Assembly: GCA_963766715.1 (NCBI GenBank)
Contig: CAVYBH010000008.1
Coordinates: 32,001-96,000, forward strand
From: an uncultured delta proteobacterium
Lineage (GTDB): Bacteria > Myxococcota > Myxococcia > Myxococcales > Anaeromyxobacteraceae
DNA: 64,000 bases
Reading direction: 5' to 3'
Below, in pieces: positions 11,666 to 22,050 of the stretch; the stretch's first letter is position 1, and the number at the start of each line of letters is the position of its first letter. Both the position numbers and the translations under genes were made by a program. Below the pieces are notes generated by a model. It was not told the origin of the DNA. It ran no database searches and worked only from the letters and a program-made list of their open reading frames with translations.

Positions 11666-13619
11666 ATGACACCGCATCCCTTCCGACGCGTCCCCGCAGC
11701 CTGGCTGCTGCTCTCCGCGGCGGTGCTGTTTCCCGCCCCCGCGCTCGCCTGGATCTGGCCCGAGCACCGGGACATCGCGGCGGCGGCGGTGAACGATCTG
11801 CCGGCGGCGCAGCGCAAGACGCTCGACACGATGTGGGCCGAGACGCAGAAGCTGGGAGGCAAGCAGGTCTGCGAGAAGCTGGTCGATCCCGGCGCCCAGC
11901 CGGACGTGAAGTTCGGAGAGTGGGAGAAGGTCTGCGTCGACTTCGCGTCCTTCCCGGCGCTGGCGGCCGACCACTCCTGCTCCGCCGACGAGCTCTGGGC
12001 CGACGTCTCCAGGGAGCTGTGGGCGGTGAAGGTGGTCTGGGTCGCGGCCGCACCAAGGAGAAGCTCGCGACCTCCACGAGCGCCGCGCAGCACGAGGACG
12101 TCTGGAGCCTCTCGCACCTGGCCATGCAGTACGTCGATCCCCGGTACCTGACCCGGGCCGAGGGCAACAACGCGCACTTCCTCGTCCCGCGGGCCCCGGT
12201 GCAGTCGAAGGAAGACCTGGACACGTACCTCGACCGGGTGCTGCTGCCGGCCACCGAGATCAACGCCACCGGGCTCTACACCGAGTACCACATGCTGGCG
12301 CTGCGGCTGGCGGCGCTCTACCACGCGGCTCCGGCCGCCGAGAAGGCGGACCTCGCGCGCCGGGCGCTGGTGGCGGAAGGCGTGGCGTTGCACTTCCTCG
12401 AGGACTCCTTCTCTTCGGGCCACTACGCGGCCACCTGGGGCGGTGCCGCCTGGCAGAAGGGCACCCACGACTTCTACTCCACCATCGGGCTCACCACGAT
12501 GACGTGGAAGGGCGACCTCTTCGCGAGCCACGGCGACGCCAACATGACCGAGCAGGACATGAGGGTCGCCGCGGTGACCATCCGGCAGAGCCTGGCCCAG
12601 GTCGCCAGCGCCGCGGAGGGTCGGATGCCGCTCGCCGGTCGGCGCTCTCTCCCCGCGGAGAAGGAGGTCGAGGCGCTCAACTTCTGCAAGGCGGAGCACC
12701 TGCCCCCGCCGCCGGTGGACACGGTGGCCCGGAGCGCCACGACGATGGTCCTCCAGAACAGCCCGGTGCCGGCGGGGGGCAAGGACGAATCGATCCGCCC
12801 CGGGCCCGCGCCGACATGGGTCCGTTCGTCGGAGCCATCTCGGGCTACACGCTGGGGACGGCGATGGGCGGGTACGACAGCTCGGCCAATAGCGCGGCTC
12901 CGGTCCGAGTTCGAGATCGGCGCCCGGCTGGGCTACGGGCTGGAAGGGCTCCTGACGAGGAGCATGGACGGCCAGATGTGGGTGCAAGGTGAGCTGGTAT
13001 CGGATCCGGTCCAGCTGGACCTGGGGTGCACGACCTGCAGCCCGTACCCGCGGCCTCGTCGGGGAAGCGAACCGACGTCGCGGTTCCGCGGGTTGGCGCC
13101 CGCTCCGCGCTGAAGCTCTCCCTGCGGATGCCCTTCTACGTGGTTCCGTTCGACCTCGTGATCCTGGCTCCCGTGCTGATGTTCACGTCCCCTCAGGCCC
13201 TCACGAGCGTGGTCTTCGCCTCTGCAGCGGGAGGACTCCTGCCCATCGAGCGCAAGTTCGAGACCGACATCGGCACGTTCCAGTTCATGGCAGGCCGGGA
13301 GGTCGGGGTCACCCTGTGGGGGTTCACGGGCCACACCAACCAGTTCCTCTACACGCCCACTCCGGAGAAGACGGCAATCCGTGCCGTGAACTACGACTCG
13401 CTGGAGCTGGACTTCCCGATCTTCGAGTACGTGCCGCCGCGCGTCTTCGCGACCACGCTCTCCCTCGCCGCCGAGTTCCAGCTGGGCTTCAACGTCGAGA
13501 TCCCGATGAACGTGGCCTTCGACGACAACGGGGAGCCGTTCAGCCTCGGCCCCAGCTGGAACATCTACCTCCGGTTCCGGCTCGACGCGCGCAAGTACTT
13601 CGGCGGCTCCTCCGACTGA
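11666..13619 (+). CDS. Exported Zn-dependent phospholipase C/P1 nuclease-like protein with C-terminal barrel-like region (frameshifted)
   Basis: Signal peptide ending ALA then WIWPEH; HFLEDSFSSGH (HxxxDxxxxxH); THD; C-terminus IYLRFRLDARKYF. Confidence 0.6.
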
Positions 13620-13908
13620 GGCGGGCCCCACCCTCGTCAAGCCTCCGGGCCTACGGCAAGCACGAGGGCAAGCAGGGCCAGGAGCAGTAGGGGTCGCGGG
13701 AAAGGACTGCCACCCACGCTTCGAGTCAACGCAGCGGATCCGCCGCAAGTGAGGTGGGTGGCAGGGAGGTTCGTGCCCTCGACGAGCACTCTGTCTCTCG
13801 GACAGGCGCCTCCACGTCGAGAGCATAAGAGCAGCGGCAGGCAAGTCCAGCGGGCCCGGAGAGGCGCGCGGCCAGGCCGTGCGCCCCTCCTGGACGCTTC
13901 TTCCTGCC

Positions 13909-14400
13909 TTACTTGACCGCGCCCTTGGCTGCGGCCGCGGCGTCGTCGCTGGCCTTCTTCGTGGCGGCGGCCGTGTCGCCAGCAGCCTTCGTGGTCGCCG
14001 CCTTCGTGTCGGCCGAGGCCTTCGTGGTCGCTGCCTTCGTGTCGGCCGAAGCCTTCGTGGCCGCGGCCTTGGTGTCGTCGCTGGCCTTCTTCGATGCGGC
14101 AGCGGTGCTGTCCGCTGCCTTCTTGCTCTTGGCCGTGGCGTCGGCGGAGGCCTTCTTGCTCTTGGACTTGCTGGTGTCGACGGCCTTCGTGCCCTCGGCC
14201 TTGGTGGCATCGACGGACTTGGCGCCCTGGGCCTTCGTCGTCTCGACGGCCTTGGTGCCTTCGGCCTTGGTATCGGCGACCGCCTTCGCGCCCTGGGCCT
14301 TGGTGGTGTCGACGGCCTTGGCCGCGTCGTCCGCGAACGACGGACCCGCGACGGCGACGAATGCGACGGCGAGGACTGCGCTCAGGATCTTCTTCATCAT
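13909..14400 (-). CDS. Exported Ala/Lys-rich 11-mer repeat protein (LEA-like)
   Basis: Signal peptide followed by about 12 tandem 11-aa repeats such as KAVDTTKAQGA and KASADTKAATT. Confidence 0.75.
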   Translation of the reverse strand: MMKKILSAVLAVAFVAVAGPSFADDAAKAVDTTKAQGAKAVADTKAEGTKAVETTKAQGAKSVDATKAEGTKAVDTSKSKSKKASADATAKSKKAADSTAAASKKASDDTKAAATKASADTKAATTKASADTKAATTKAAGDTAAATKKASDDAAAAAKGAVK

Positions 14401-14774
14401 GGGTCTCTCCTTGGTGGGGGAACTCGAAGCCGCGCGAAGTCGCGCGTACCCCAGGAGAAGAGCACTGCGGGTGCCAACGAAGCCATCCGCCGCAATCGCT
14501 CGTCGTTGCAGCGCTTCCGGAATCGTCGCGCCACCCGCCTGGGCGATCCGGTGCGAAAGCGAACAGCCAGTTCGGGTCAGGGTGGGTCAGATCTCCTCGA
14601 TCCTTCGCCCCTCGTGACGTGCGGAAGCGCACCCGTTGTGGGGGCCATGCGCGACGAACGGTCGGAGCGCGCAGACATGCGAGTACGGGAAATCCCGTAG
14701 ACCCGGAAGGCGCGTGTCCCCAGGCATGGAGGCACGATGAAGTCAGGCAGCACATCGAACGAGGGGGAACGACC

Positions 14775-14945
14775 ATGGCGAGCGGCAAGACGGATGAGCT
14801 GAAGGGCCGAGTAAAGGAAGCAGCGGGAGTCCTGACCCGCGACGAGAAACTGCAGCGGGAGGGGAAGACCGACCAGGCCGTCGGAAAGGTCAAGCAGCAG
14901 GCGGAGAAGATCCTCGACAAGGTCAAGGACGCCCTCAAGTCCTGA
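14775..14945 (+). CDS. csbD: CsbD family general stress protein
   Basis: MASGKTDELKGRVKEAAGVLTRDEKLQREGKTDQAVGKVKQ. Confidence 0.9.
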   Translation: MASGKTDELKGRVKEAAGVLTRDEKLQREGKTDQAVGKVKQQAEKILDKVKDALKS

Positions 14946-14971
14946 CGCCACATCGAGGAAGGAGGCTCGAG

Positions 14972-15124
14972 ATGCTCTGGACCATCGCGGTCGTCCTGCT
15001 GGTCTTGTGGCTGGTGGGCCTGGTGTCGTCGTACACGCTGGGCGGACTCATCCACGTACTCCTCGTCATCGCGCTCGTGGTGCTCGTCCTTGGCGTGATT
15101 CAGGGCCGAAGGGGCGCCGGTTGA
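14972..15124 (+). CDS. lmo0937/DUF5670 family small membrane protein
   Basis: Manual translation MLWTIAVVLLVLWLVGLVSSYTLGGLIHVLLVIALVVLVLGVIQGRRGAG; RBS AAGGAGG; not in ORF track. Confidence 0.85.
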   Translation: MLWTIAVVLLVLWLVGLVSSYTLGGLIHVLLVIALVVLVLGVIQGRRGAG

Positions 15125-15156
15125 CCGTGAGCGAAACAACGACGGGAGAATCGATC

Positions 15157-15447
15157 ATGAAGAAGGTCTTGAGTGCGCTCTGCGCGGTTGCCTTCGTCGC
15201 CCTCGCCGGCCCCGCTTCCGCCGACGACGTGAAGAAGGCGGTCGACGACACGAAGGACTGGTCGAAGAAGGCCGCCGACGACACGTCGAAAGCGACCAAG
15301 AAGGCCGCCGACGACACCGCCGACTGGTCGAAGAAGGCGGCCGACGACACCAAGGACTGGTCGAAGAAGGCCGCCGACGACACCAAGGACTGGACCAAGA
15401 AAGCCGCCGACGACACCGCCGACACCGCCAAGAAGGCAGTGAAGTAG
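15157..15447 (+). CDS. Exported 11-mer repeat protein (LEA-like)
   Basis: Signal peptide plus six KKAADDTKDWS-type repeats. Confidence 0.75.
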   Translation: MKKVLSALCAVAFVALAGPASADDVKKAVDDTKDWSKKAADDTSKATKKAADDTADWSKKAADDTKDWSKKAADDTKDWTKKAADDTADTAKKAVK

Positions 15448-15462
15448 GAACTCGCCGGCGGT

Positions 15463-17097
15463 TCAGCAGAGCGCGAGCAACACCTGCACCAGCAGGATCT
15501 TGCCGATCGTCGCAGCAGGATAGACCGAGGCGTAGCCGAGGTTGGGAACCTCGTTCCCGGTCTGCTCCAGCGCGTACCCGAGGACGGCGGGCTGGGTCTG
15601 GATGCCGGCCACCATGCCGAGCAGCAGGCTGAACGGAAGGTGCAACAGCCGGTAGCCGACGGCCAGCGCCGTGAAGGCGGTGAGGAACGTGACGACCGCG
15701 CCGGCGGCGAAGATGGCGAGCCCCCCGCCCGAGGCGAAGGTGGCGAGGAAGCCGGTCCCTGCCCGGGTCCCGATGCCCGCCAGGAACAGCACCAGCCCTA
15801 TCTGCCGCAACGTCACGTTGGCGCTGTAGGGAAGGCTCCAGACCATCGGGCCGGTTCGCTGCAGCGTGCCCAGGACCAGCGCCACGATGAGCGGGCCGCC
15901 GGCGAAGCCGAGGGTGGCCCGAACGCCCCCGGGCAGCGGCAGGGGCAGGATGCCGAGCAGCAGTCCCAGGGCCAGCCCGAGGCCGAAGGTGAGCACGTCC
16001 ACCTCGCCGGCGGCCCGGTAGGAGTCGCCGAAGAAGGCGGTGACCGCCGGCAGTTGCCGCACCGGCGCCAGCACCCGCACCCGGTCACCCAGCTCCAGGC
16101 GCATCCGGTCGTCCGGCAGGATGTCGACGTCGCCGCGGCGCACCCGGGTGATGACCGCGCCCATGCGTCCCGGGAAGCCGAGCTCCCGGAGGGGGACGCC
16201 GGCCACCGCCTGGTGGGAGACGAAGATGCGGCGAATGTCGAACTCGCTCCGGTCGACGTCGATGGCGTCGGCGGCGCGCCGGCCGAGCCGCGCCACCACC
16301 CGCTCCAGCGCGCTGGCGGTCCCCACCGCCACCACCAGGTCGCCCCGCTCCAGCCGGGTCTCCCCGTCGCAGAGCTGGAACTTCCCGGCCCGCCGGAGCC
16401 GCCCGAAGATGACCCGCCAGTCCAGGCCGCGCTTCAGCTCGTCCACCGTGAGCGCGCCGAGGTCCTGCTGCACCTCGATGGTGAAGCTGGTGAGCGGTTC
16501 GTTGGTGGCGCCCAGCTCGCCGAGCTTCCTGGCCTCGGCGGCCAGGTCCGGCTTCCAGAGCCTCGCGGCCAGGCGGATGGCCAGCACCACGCCGATGACG
16601 CCCATCGGGTAGGTGATGGAGTAGGCCACCACCGGCCGGGTCAGCGCCTCGGTGGGGGCCGATTGCTTCAGGGTCTCGATGGCGCCCGCCAGCGCCGGCG
16701 TGTTGGTGAGCGCTCCGGAGAAGAGCCCGGCGGCGAGCGGCCCGTCGAGCTTCAGCAGGCGCTGCGCCGCCAGCGCCAGCAGCAACCCGAACCCCAGCAC
16801 GCCGAGGGCCAGGGCGTTGTGGCGCAGCCCGTCCCGCCGCAGCGAGGCCACGAAGGCCGGACCGGAGGCGAGCCCCACCGTGTAGACGAAGATGGCCAGC
16901 CCGAGCATGTAGACGATCTCGGGCAGCGCCAGCGTCGGAGAGAGCGCACCGGCGGCGAGGCCGACGAAGAGGACGGCGGCCACGCCGAGCTGGCTGCCCC
17001 GGATCTTGACGCGGCCGAGCGGGTAGCCGACGGCGGCGACGAGGAAGAGCAGGAGCAGCGGGTTCTGGGCGAGGAGATGGACGAGCGAGTCGAGCAT
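15463..17097 (-). CDS. Aspartate:alanine exchanger (YidE/YbjL) family transporter with TrkA-C domains
   Basis: GLAIFVYTVGLASGPAF, GALTNTPALA, YSITYPMGVIG, TrkA-C ITRVRRGD, AGIQTQPAVL. Confidence 0.9.
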   Translation of the reverse strand: MLDSLVHLLAQNPLLLLFLVAAVGYPLGRVKIRGSQLGVAAVLFVGLAAGALSPTLALPEIVYMLGLAIFVYTVGLASGPAFVASLRRDGLRHNALALGVLGFGLLLALAAQRLLKLDGPLAAGLFSGALTNTPALAGAIETLKQSAPTEALTRPVVAYSITYPMGVIGVVLAIRLAARLWKPDLAAEARKLGELGATNEPLTSFTIEVQQDLGALTVDELKRGLDWRVIFGRLRRAGKFQLCDGETRLERGDLVVAVGTASALERVVARLGRRAADAIDVDRSEFDIRRIFVSHQAVAGVPLRELGFPGRMGAVITRVRRGDVDILPDDRMRLELGDRVRVLAPVRQLPAVTAFFGDSYRAAGEVDVLTFGLGLALGLLLGILPLPLPGGVRATLGFAGGPLIVALVLGTLQRTGPMVWSLPYSANVTLRQIGLVLFLAGIGTRAGTGFLATFASGGGLAIFAAGAVVTFLTAFTALAVGYRLLHLPFSLLLGMVAGIQTQPAVLGYALEQTGNEVPNLGYASVYPAATIGKILLVQVLLALC

Positions 17098-17217
17098 GGT
17101 GGGGGGAAGGCGGGGCAGTGTAGCGCCTATGCGACCGGCGCGCCTCGGTGTCGAGGCCGCGCGGCGCTCACGAAGGGAGCGACGGCCCGGATGAAACGCG
17201 ACTCGAGGCCTCCTACG

Positions 17218-18660
17218 TCAGCCTTCCTCCTCGTACACGGCTTTCACCCGCTTCTTGCGGACCGCGCTCGCGAGCGCCGCGTGGTCCTTCTCGTTCTGGT
17301 CGGCGTAGGCCATGGAGAAGGCCGCGATGGCCTCGTCGAAGACGTCGCTCTTTCCCATGTACCCGCTCAGCACCGAGGAGAGCCCGGACCGTGCATGGGA
17401 GAGCAGCGCAAGGGCGCGCCCGCACCACATCGCGTAGATGTCCATCAGGCTCTCGTCGAAGGTCTCGACCCGGACGCTGATCTTGATGTCCCGGAGCTGG
17501 CGCACGAAGAAGTCGCGGCTCCGGCCCCGGGTCCATCCGAGGAACATGTCGCTGGCCGGCTGCATGCGACGGTATCCGTCCACCACCCTCTGGCCGTGGT
17601 TCTCGAAGACGGTCTTCCCCGCGTAGCGCTCCAGGACGGACGTACGCGCCTCCTTCACCTGGAGGAAGAGGGGATCGCCCTCGCCGGCCATGAAGAGCAG
17701 CACCCAGCAGGACGTCCCGACGCTCCCGATCCCCACCACCTTGATGGCGGCGTCGCGGAGCTCGTAGCGGTCGAACAGGGATTGGTACGCGGAGGGGAGC
17801 GAGGCGCGGTAGCCGGCGATCGCGTCCCGAACGACCTCCTGGATCTCGCCGGGAGGGTGATCCTTGTGGTGGAAGATGGTCGGGAGCTGGTCGCGGATGA
17901 GCGGCAGCTCTCCCTTGTGCTCGACGAGCTTCGGGAAGATCTCCTCGGCCCTGCTCTTCCCGCGTTCCTTCTCCAGGCGGTCCGCGACCCGCTGGTGCAT
18001 GTCGGGATTCTTCACGCCGCGCAGCAGGTCGCGAGGCTCCAGCGACTCGTACCAGAGCTCGAGGGTCCGGAGCTTGCTGTATCCCGCCATGGCCTCCCGG
18101 TAGCTGCGGACGCAGGTCCGGACCACGTCCTTGGCGACGGTGTCCTTCAGGCCGTTGTCCCGGCTCGCCACGACGAAGCTCGCGGCCAGGCGCTTCACGT
18201 CCCACTCCCAGGGAGCCGGCAGCGTCTCGTCGAGGTCGTTGATGGAGAAGATGACCCGCCGCTCCGGGGTGGCGAACCCGCCGAAGTTGGAGAGGTGCGC
18301 GTCCCCGCAGCACTGGACGCGGACCCCGGACGCCGGAGTGGACGCCAGGTCGGCCGCCATGGGGAGGGCCGACCCGCGATAGAACGTGAAGGCGGAGCGG
18401 ACCATCCGTCCGTGACGGAGGGGAAGCAGCTCCGGCATCCGGCCCTTCTCCGCCGCGAGGACCATGTCGATCGGGTCGCTGCGGCCGGCGGGCGGCTTCC
18501 AGGGGGCGTGCGACTCGCGGGGGCAAGCCTTCCGGAGCGCCTTGCCCGCCGCGTATCGCTCGTCCTGCGACATGCGCCAGGTGAGATCGCGGCGGTACGT
18601 CGCGACCGGCGCGTACTTCGCGCCGGGTGTCGCCTCGGCGGCCTTCTTCGTTCGAGCCAT
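17218..18660 (-). CDS. DUF2252 domain-containing protein (second paralog)
   Basis: MARTKKAA... with the same motif set as 2323..3761. Confidence 0.9.
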   Translation of the reverse strand: MARTKKAAEATPGAKYAPVATYRRDLTWRMSQDERYAAGKALRKACPRESHAPWKPPAGRSDPIDMVLAAEKGRMPELLPLRHGRMVRSAFTFYRGSALPMAADLASTPASGVRVQCCGDAHLSNFGGFATPERRVIFSINDLDETLPAPWEWDVKRLAASFVVASRDNGLKDTVAKDVVRTCVRSYREAMAGYSKLRTLELWYESLEPRDLLRGVKNPDMHQRVADRLEKERGKSRAEEIFPKLVEHKGELPLIRDQLPTIFHHKDHPPGEIQEVVRDAIAGYRASLPSAYQSLFDRYELRDAAIKVVGIGSVGTSCWVLLFMAGEGDPLFLQVKEARTSVLERYAGKTVFENHGQRVVDGYRRMQPASDMFLGWTRGRSRDFFVRQLRDIKISVRVETFDESLMDIYAMWCGRALALLSHARSGLSSVLSGYMGKSDVFDEAIAAFSMAYADQNEKDHAALASAVRKKRVKAVYEEEG

Positions 18661-18683
18661 CGGGGGTGCTCCCTTCCCTGGGT

Positions 18684-20418
18684 TCAGCCGATCCGTGAAC
18701 TTCGGTGGAACTCCTCGACGACGTCGGCCACCGAGACCCTGCGGTCGATGTGGCCGACCCGCTCGTCCAGGTCCTCGGCGCGCAGGATGTCCCGCACCGC
18801 CGCGCGCGCGTCGACGAGCCGCAGGGTCGCCCCGGCCTCCTTCAGCTTCGACTGCATCGCCTCGAGCATGCGCGCACCGGCCAGGTCGACCATGGGCGAG
18901 GACGAGAGGTCGAACACGACCACCCTCGGCGTCTCGGGGCGGGAGCGGATCTCCTTCCAGACGGCGTCCCGCACGTACTCGACGTTGAAGTACAGGAGCG
19001 AGGACTCGACGCGCACCACCAGCACGCCCGGGGTCACCTCGTTGTCCGGGTTTCGCTCCACGTCGGAGAAGATCGCGGGTGCCCGGGATGCGCCCGAGGA
19101 AGGCCACGTTCGGGTGGGCCGCGCGCCGGATGAGCAAGAGCAGCGAGACCACGACCGCCACCATCACGCCCTGGAGGATGCCCAGCAGCAGCACGGCCGC
19201 GAAGGCGACCATCGACACCAGGAACTCGACGCGGCTCACCCGCCAGACGTGGCGCAGCTCGCGGACGTTGACGAGCCCCTTCACCGCGACCAGGACGATG
19301 GCGGCGAGCACGACGGTGGGCAGGTTGGCGAGCAGGCCGGTCAGGAACATCAGGCACAGGCCGATGGTCACCGAGGCGAAGACCAGCGCCAGCGGCGTCC
19401 GGGCGCCCGCCTTGTCGTTCACCGAGGACTGCGACAGGCCGCCGGCCACCGGGTAGGACTGGAAGAGGGCCGCCGCCAGGTTCGCCGCGCCGAGCCCGAG
19501 AAGCTCCTGGCGTGGGTCGACCTCGTCGCCATGCGCCTGCGCCAGCGCGCGGGCCGCGGAGACGCTCTCCACGTACGCGAGCAGCAGGCAGGCGAAGGCC
19601 AGCGGGATGACGCCATCCACGTCCCGAAGCCTCAACGCCGGAAGGTGGAGGCCGGGCAGGCCTTGCGGCAGCGCGCCGACGATCTTGAATCCGAGCTCTC
19701 CCAGCGAGGTCACCGACAGGACCACGATGGAGGCTACGACCACGAGCAGCGCGACCGGCCGCCCCGGCAGGTACCTCTCGCCCAGCAGGAGCAGGGCGAG
19801 CGCGGCGAGGCCGAATCCCAGGACGGCGAGGTTGGTGCCGGGGAGCTGCCCCCAGAGGATGCCGATGCGCTCGAAGAACCCTTCGCCGCCGCCCTTCACG
19901 CCGAAGAGCTTGGGGAGCTGCGTCATCGCGATGGTCAGCGCCGCCCCGGCCTTGAAGCCGAGCAGGATGGTCTCGCTGATGAAGTTGACGATCGAGCTCA
20001 GGCGCAGGAGCCAGCCCAGCAGGCACATGGCCGCGATCACCAGCGCGGTCAGCGCTGCGATGTCGGCCCACCGGGCCGGATCGCCCCCGGCCATGCCGGC
20101 GACCGTGGCGCCGACGAGCATCGAGATCGCGGAGGTGGGACCGATCGCGAGCTGCTTGGACGATCCGAGGAGCGCATAGGCGAATCCGCCCGCCAGGTAG
20201 CCGTAGATGCCGTACTGGGGCGGCAGCCCCGCCAGCGACGCGTAGGCGAGCGACACCGGGATGCCGTAGGCGGCGAGCGTCACGCCAGCCACGGCGTCGT
20301 TCTTCAGCCACCGCGCCTGGTACGTGGGCAGCCATTGCGCGGGCGGGAAGGCCGACCGCCATCCCCGCGCCGGGCCAGTACCGCCAGGATTCGCCGCTGC
20401 GTGCGCCCCTTCGGACAT
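18684..20418 (-). CDS. SulP family anion transporter with STAS domain (frameshift near 19075)
   Basis: DAVAGVTLAAYGIPVSLAYASLAGLPPQYGIY, GSSKQLAIGPTS, STAS LLYFNVEYV...FDLSSSPMVDLAG. Confidence 0.9.
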
Positions 20419-20439
20419 CCAGACCTCCAGGACCGGATG

Positions 20440-20921
20440 CTACAGCGATCGTGGCGCGAGGACGACGGCGTGGACACTGGCCCCGTCATGCCCATGCGGC
20501 TGCTGGCTGCCGCCTCGAGGAAGGTCGCGAGGATCCGGACCTGGGTCTTCCCGACGTTGGTCGCGGCGTGAGGCGCCGCCATCGCCTCCATGAAGGCGTC
20601 GCCGGCCCGGTAGACCTTCTTCCCGTGCCCCTCGTAGTCGACCGACACCTCCCCCTCCAGCATGTAGATGAAGACGGGCACGTCGTGGTGGTGCTTCGCG
20701 GTCGTCTCGCCGGGCGCCAGCGTCACCACCACCGTGCGCACGGAGGGAGTGCCCGCCGGGTAGCGCAGCGGCTCGCCGATCGTGGACGTGCCGGTCCGGA
20801 GCAGTTCCTTCACGGAGCCGTACGGACCCTGGGATGGACCGTCCGCCGCGAGCGCCGAGGACCCGAGGAGGAAAGCGGCGAGGGCGAGGGGGGCGCGGGA
20901 GCGGATCGAGACGGGGATCAA
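20440..20921 (-). CDS. Exported cupin domain protein (3' end uncertain)
   Basis: Signal peptide; TLAPGETTAKHHHDVPVFIYMLEGEV...AGDAFMEAMAAPHAATN. Confidence 0.75.
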
Positions 20922-21959
20922 TGGGGTCTCCGGTTCCGGAATCCTGCCGGGGACGTCCCGGTCCAGCTCCGGAAGGCGCGGGTGAAGCTCTTCTCGTTGC
21001 GGAAGCCCACGGCCGAGGCCACCTGCTTCACCGACCGCTGGCCGCGGGAGAGCAGCTCCACGGCCTGGTCCCGCCGGGCCTCGTCCTTGAGGGCCTGCAG
21101 CGAGGAGCCCTCCTCGCGGATCTGCCGGTGCAGGGTGCGCACCGACACGTGGAGGAGCCTCGCCGCGTCGCCGGCGGTGCGGACCTCGCCCGCCCTCCCC
21201 TGCAGGAGCTCCCGCACCCGGCGCACCAGCAGCCGGTCGCGCCGGTACTGGAAGACGGTGAAGGCGAGCGCGCGCTCGAGCATCACCTGCATGTCCCGCT
21301 CGTCCCGCCGCAGCGGCAGGGCGAGGTACTGGGCGTCGAAGGAGAAGCCGGCGTGCGCCGCCCCGAAGGTCGACGGTCCCGGGAACATGTGCGAGGTAGG
21401 CAGGCGCGTGCGGGGGAGGCTCGAAGGGGAAGGTGACCCGGGGCAAGGGAATCCGGGAGTCCACCGCCCAGCAGGCGTAGCCATGGGCGTACCGGAGCAG
21501 GGTCACGAGGCAGAGCTCGCGAAGCTCGCCCAGGCGGCGGTGCTCCGCGATCGAGAAGGTGGCGAAGGGCCCCTCCCGGACGAGCGAGAGCTCCACGTCC
21601 CCGGTGAGGAGCCGGTGGTGGCGGCACCAGCGCTTCAGCGCCACCTCCAGGGTGGGCGCGGTGAGCGAGGCGCGGCAGAGCATCCCGTAGCTGCCCCAGG
21701 GCAGCCTGCGGGAGAACCAGCCGAGCGCCTCGTCGTCCAGCTCCTGCATGGCGACGCCGGAGAGGACCTCCATCTGCCGCGCGGTGATCCGCCCGTCGGG
21801 GTCGGCGACCCGCTCTGGCGCGATCCGTGCCTCCCGGAGCGCCGTGCCGGGGTCGATGCCGCGTCGCTCGTAGGCTCGCACCACCGCGCGTGCAAACGCC
21901 ATGGGCGTCTCGGCGGGCTCGGTGGAGGGCGGGGCGGGGCGGGGGGTGGGCCCGGGCAC
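20918..21959 (-). CDS. AraC-family regulator divergent from the liu genes (frameshift near 21395)
   Basis: MQELDDEALGWFSRRLPWGSYGMLCRAS; HTH VSVRTLHRQIREEG...VGFRNEKSFTRAFRSWTG. Confidence 0.85.
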
Positions 21960-22050
21960 GCCAGGATCATCCGTCCTTTGGCACGATTTGCAACCTTCCT
22001 GGCTCCCTGTGTGCCCCCGGCTCCCTACGGTCGGACCCAAGGAGCCACAC

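Noticed and set aside
17218..20418. 1066-aa SulP-DUF2252 fusion in the ORF track
   Set aside because: A frameshift near 19075 skips the STAS domain, which is intact in another frame (18684..19061) with its own stop; DUF2252 has its own start at 18660.
15640..20571. 1643-aa plus-strand ORF and many similar long Arg/Pro/Gly-rich ORFs
   Set aside because: Antisense or off-frame shadows of real genes in high-GC DNA, with no recognisable motifs.
21979..21992. TGGCACGATTTGCA as a sigma54 promoter
   Set aside because: GG-to-GC spacing is 8 nt instead of the required 10.
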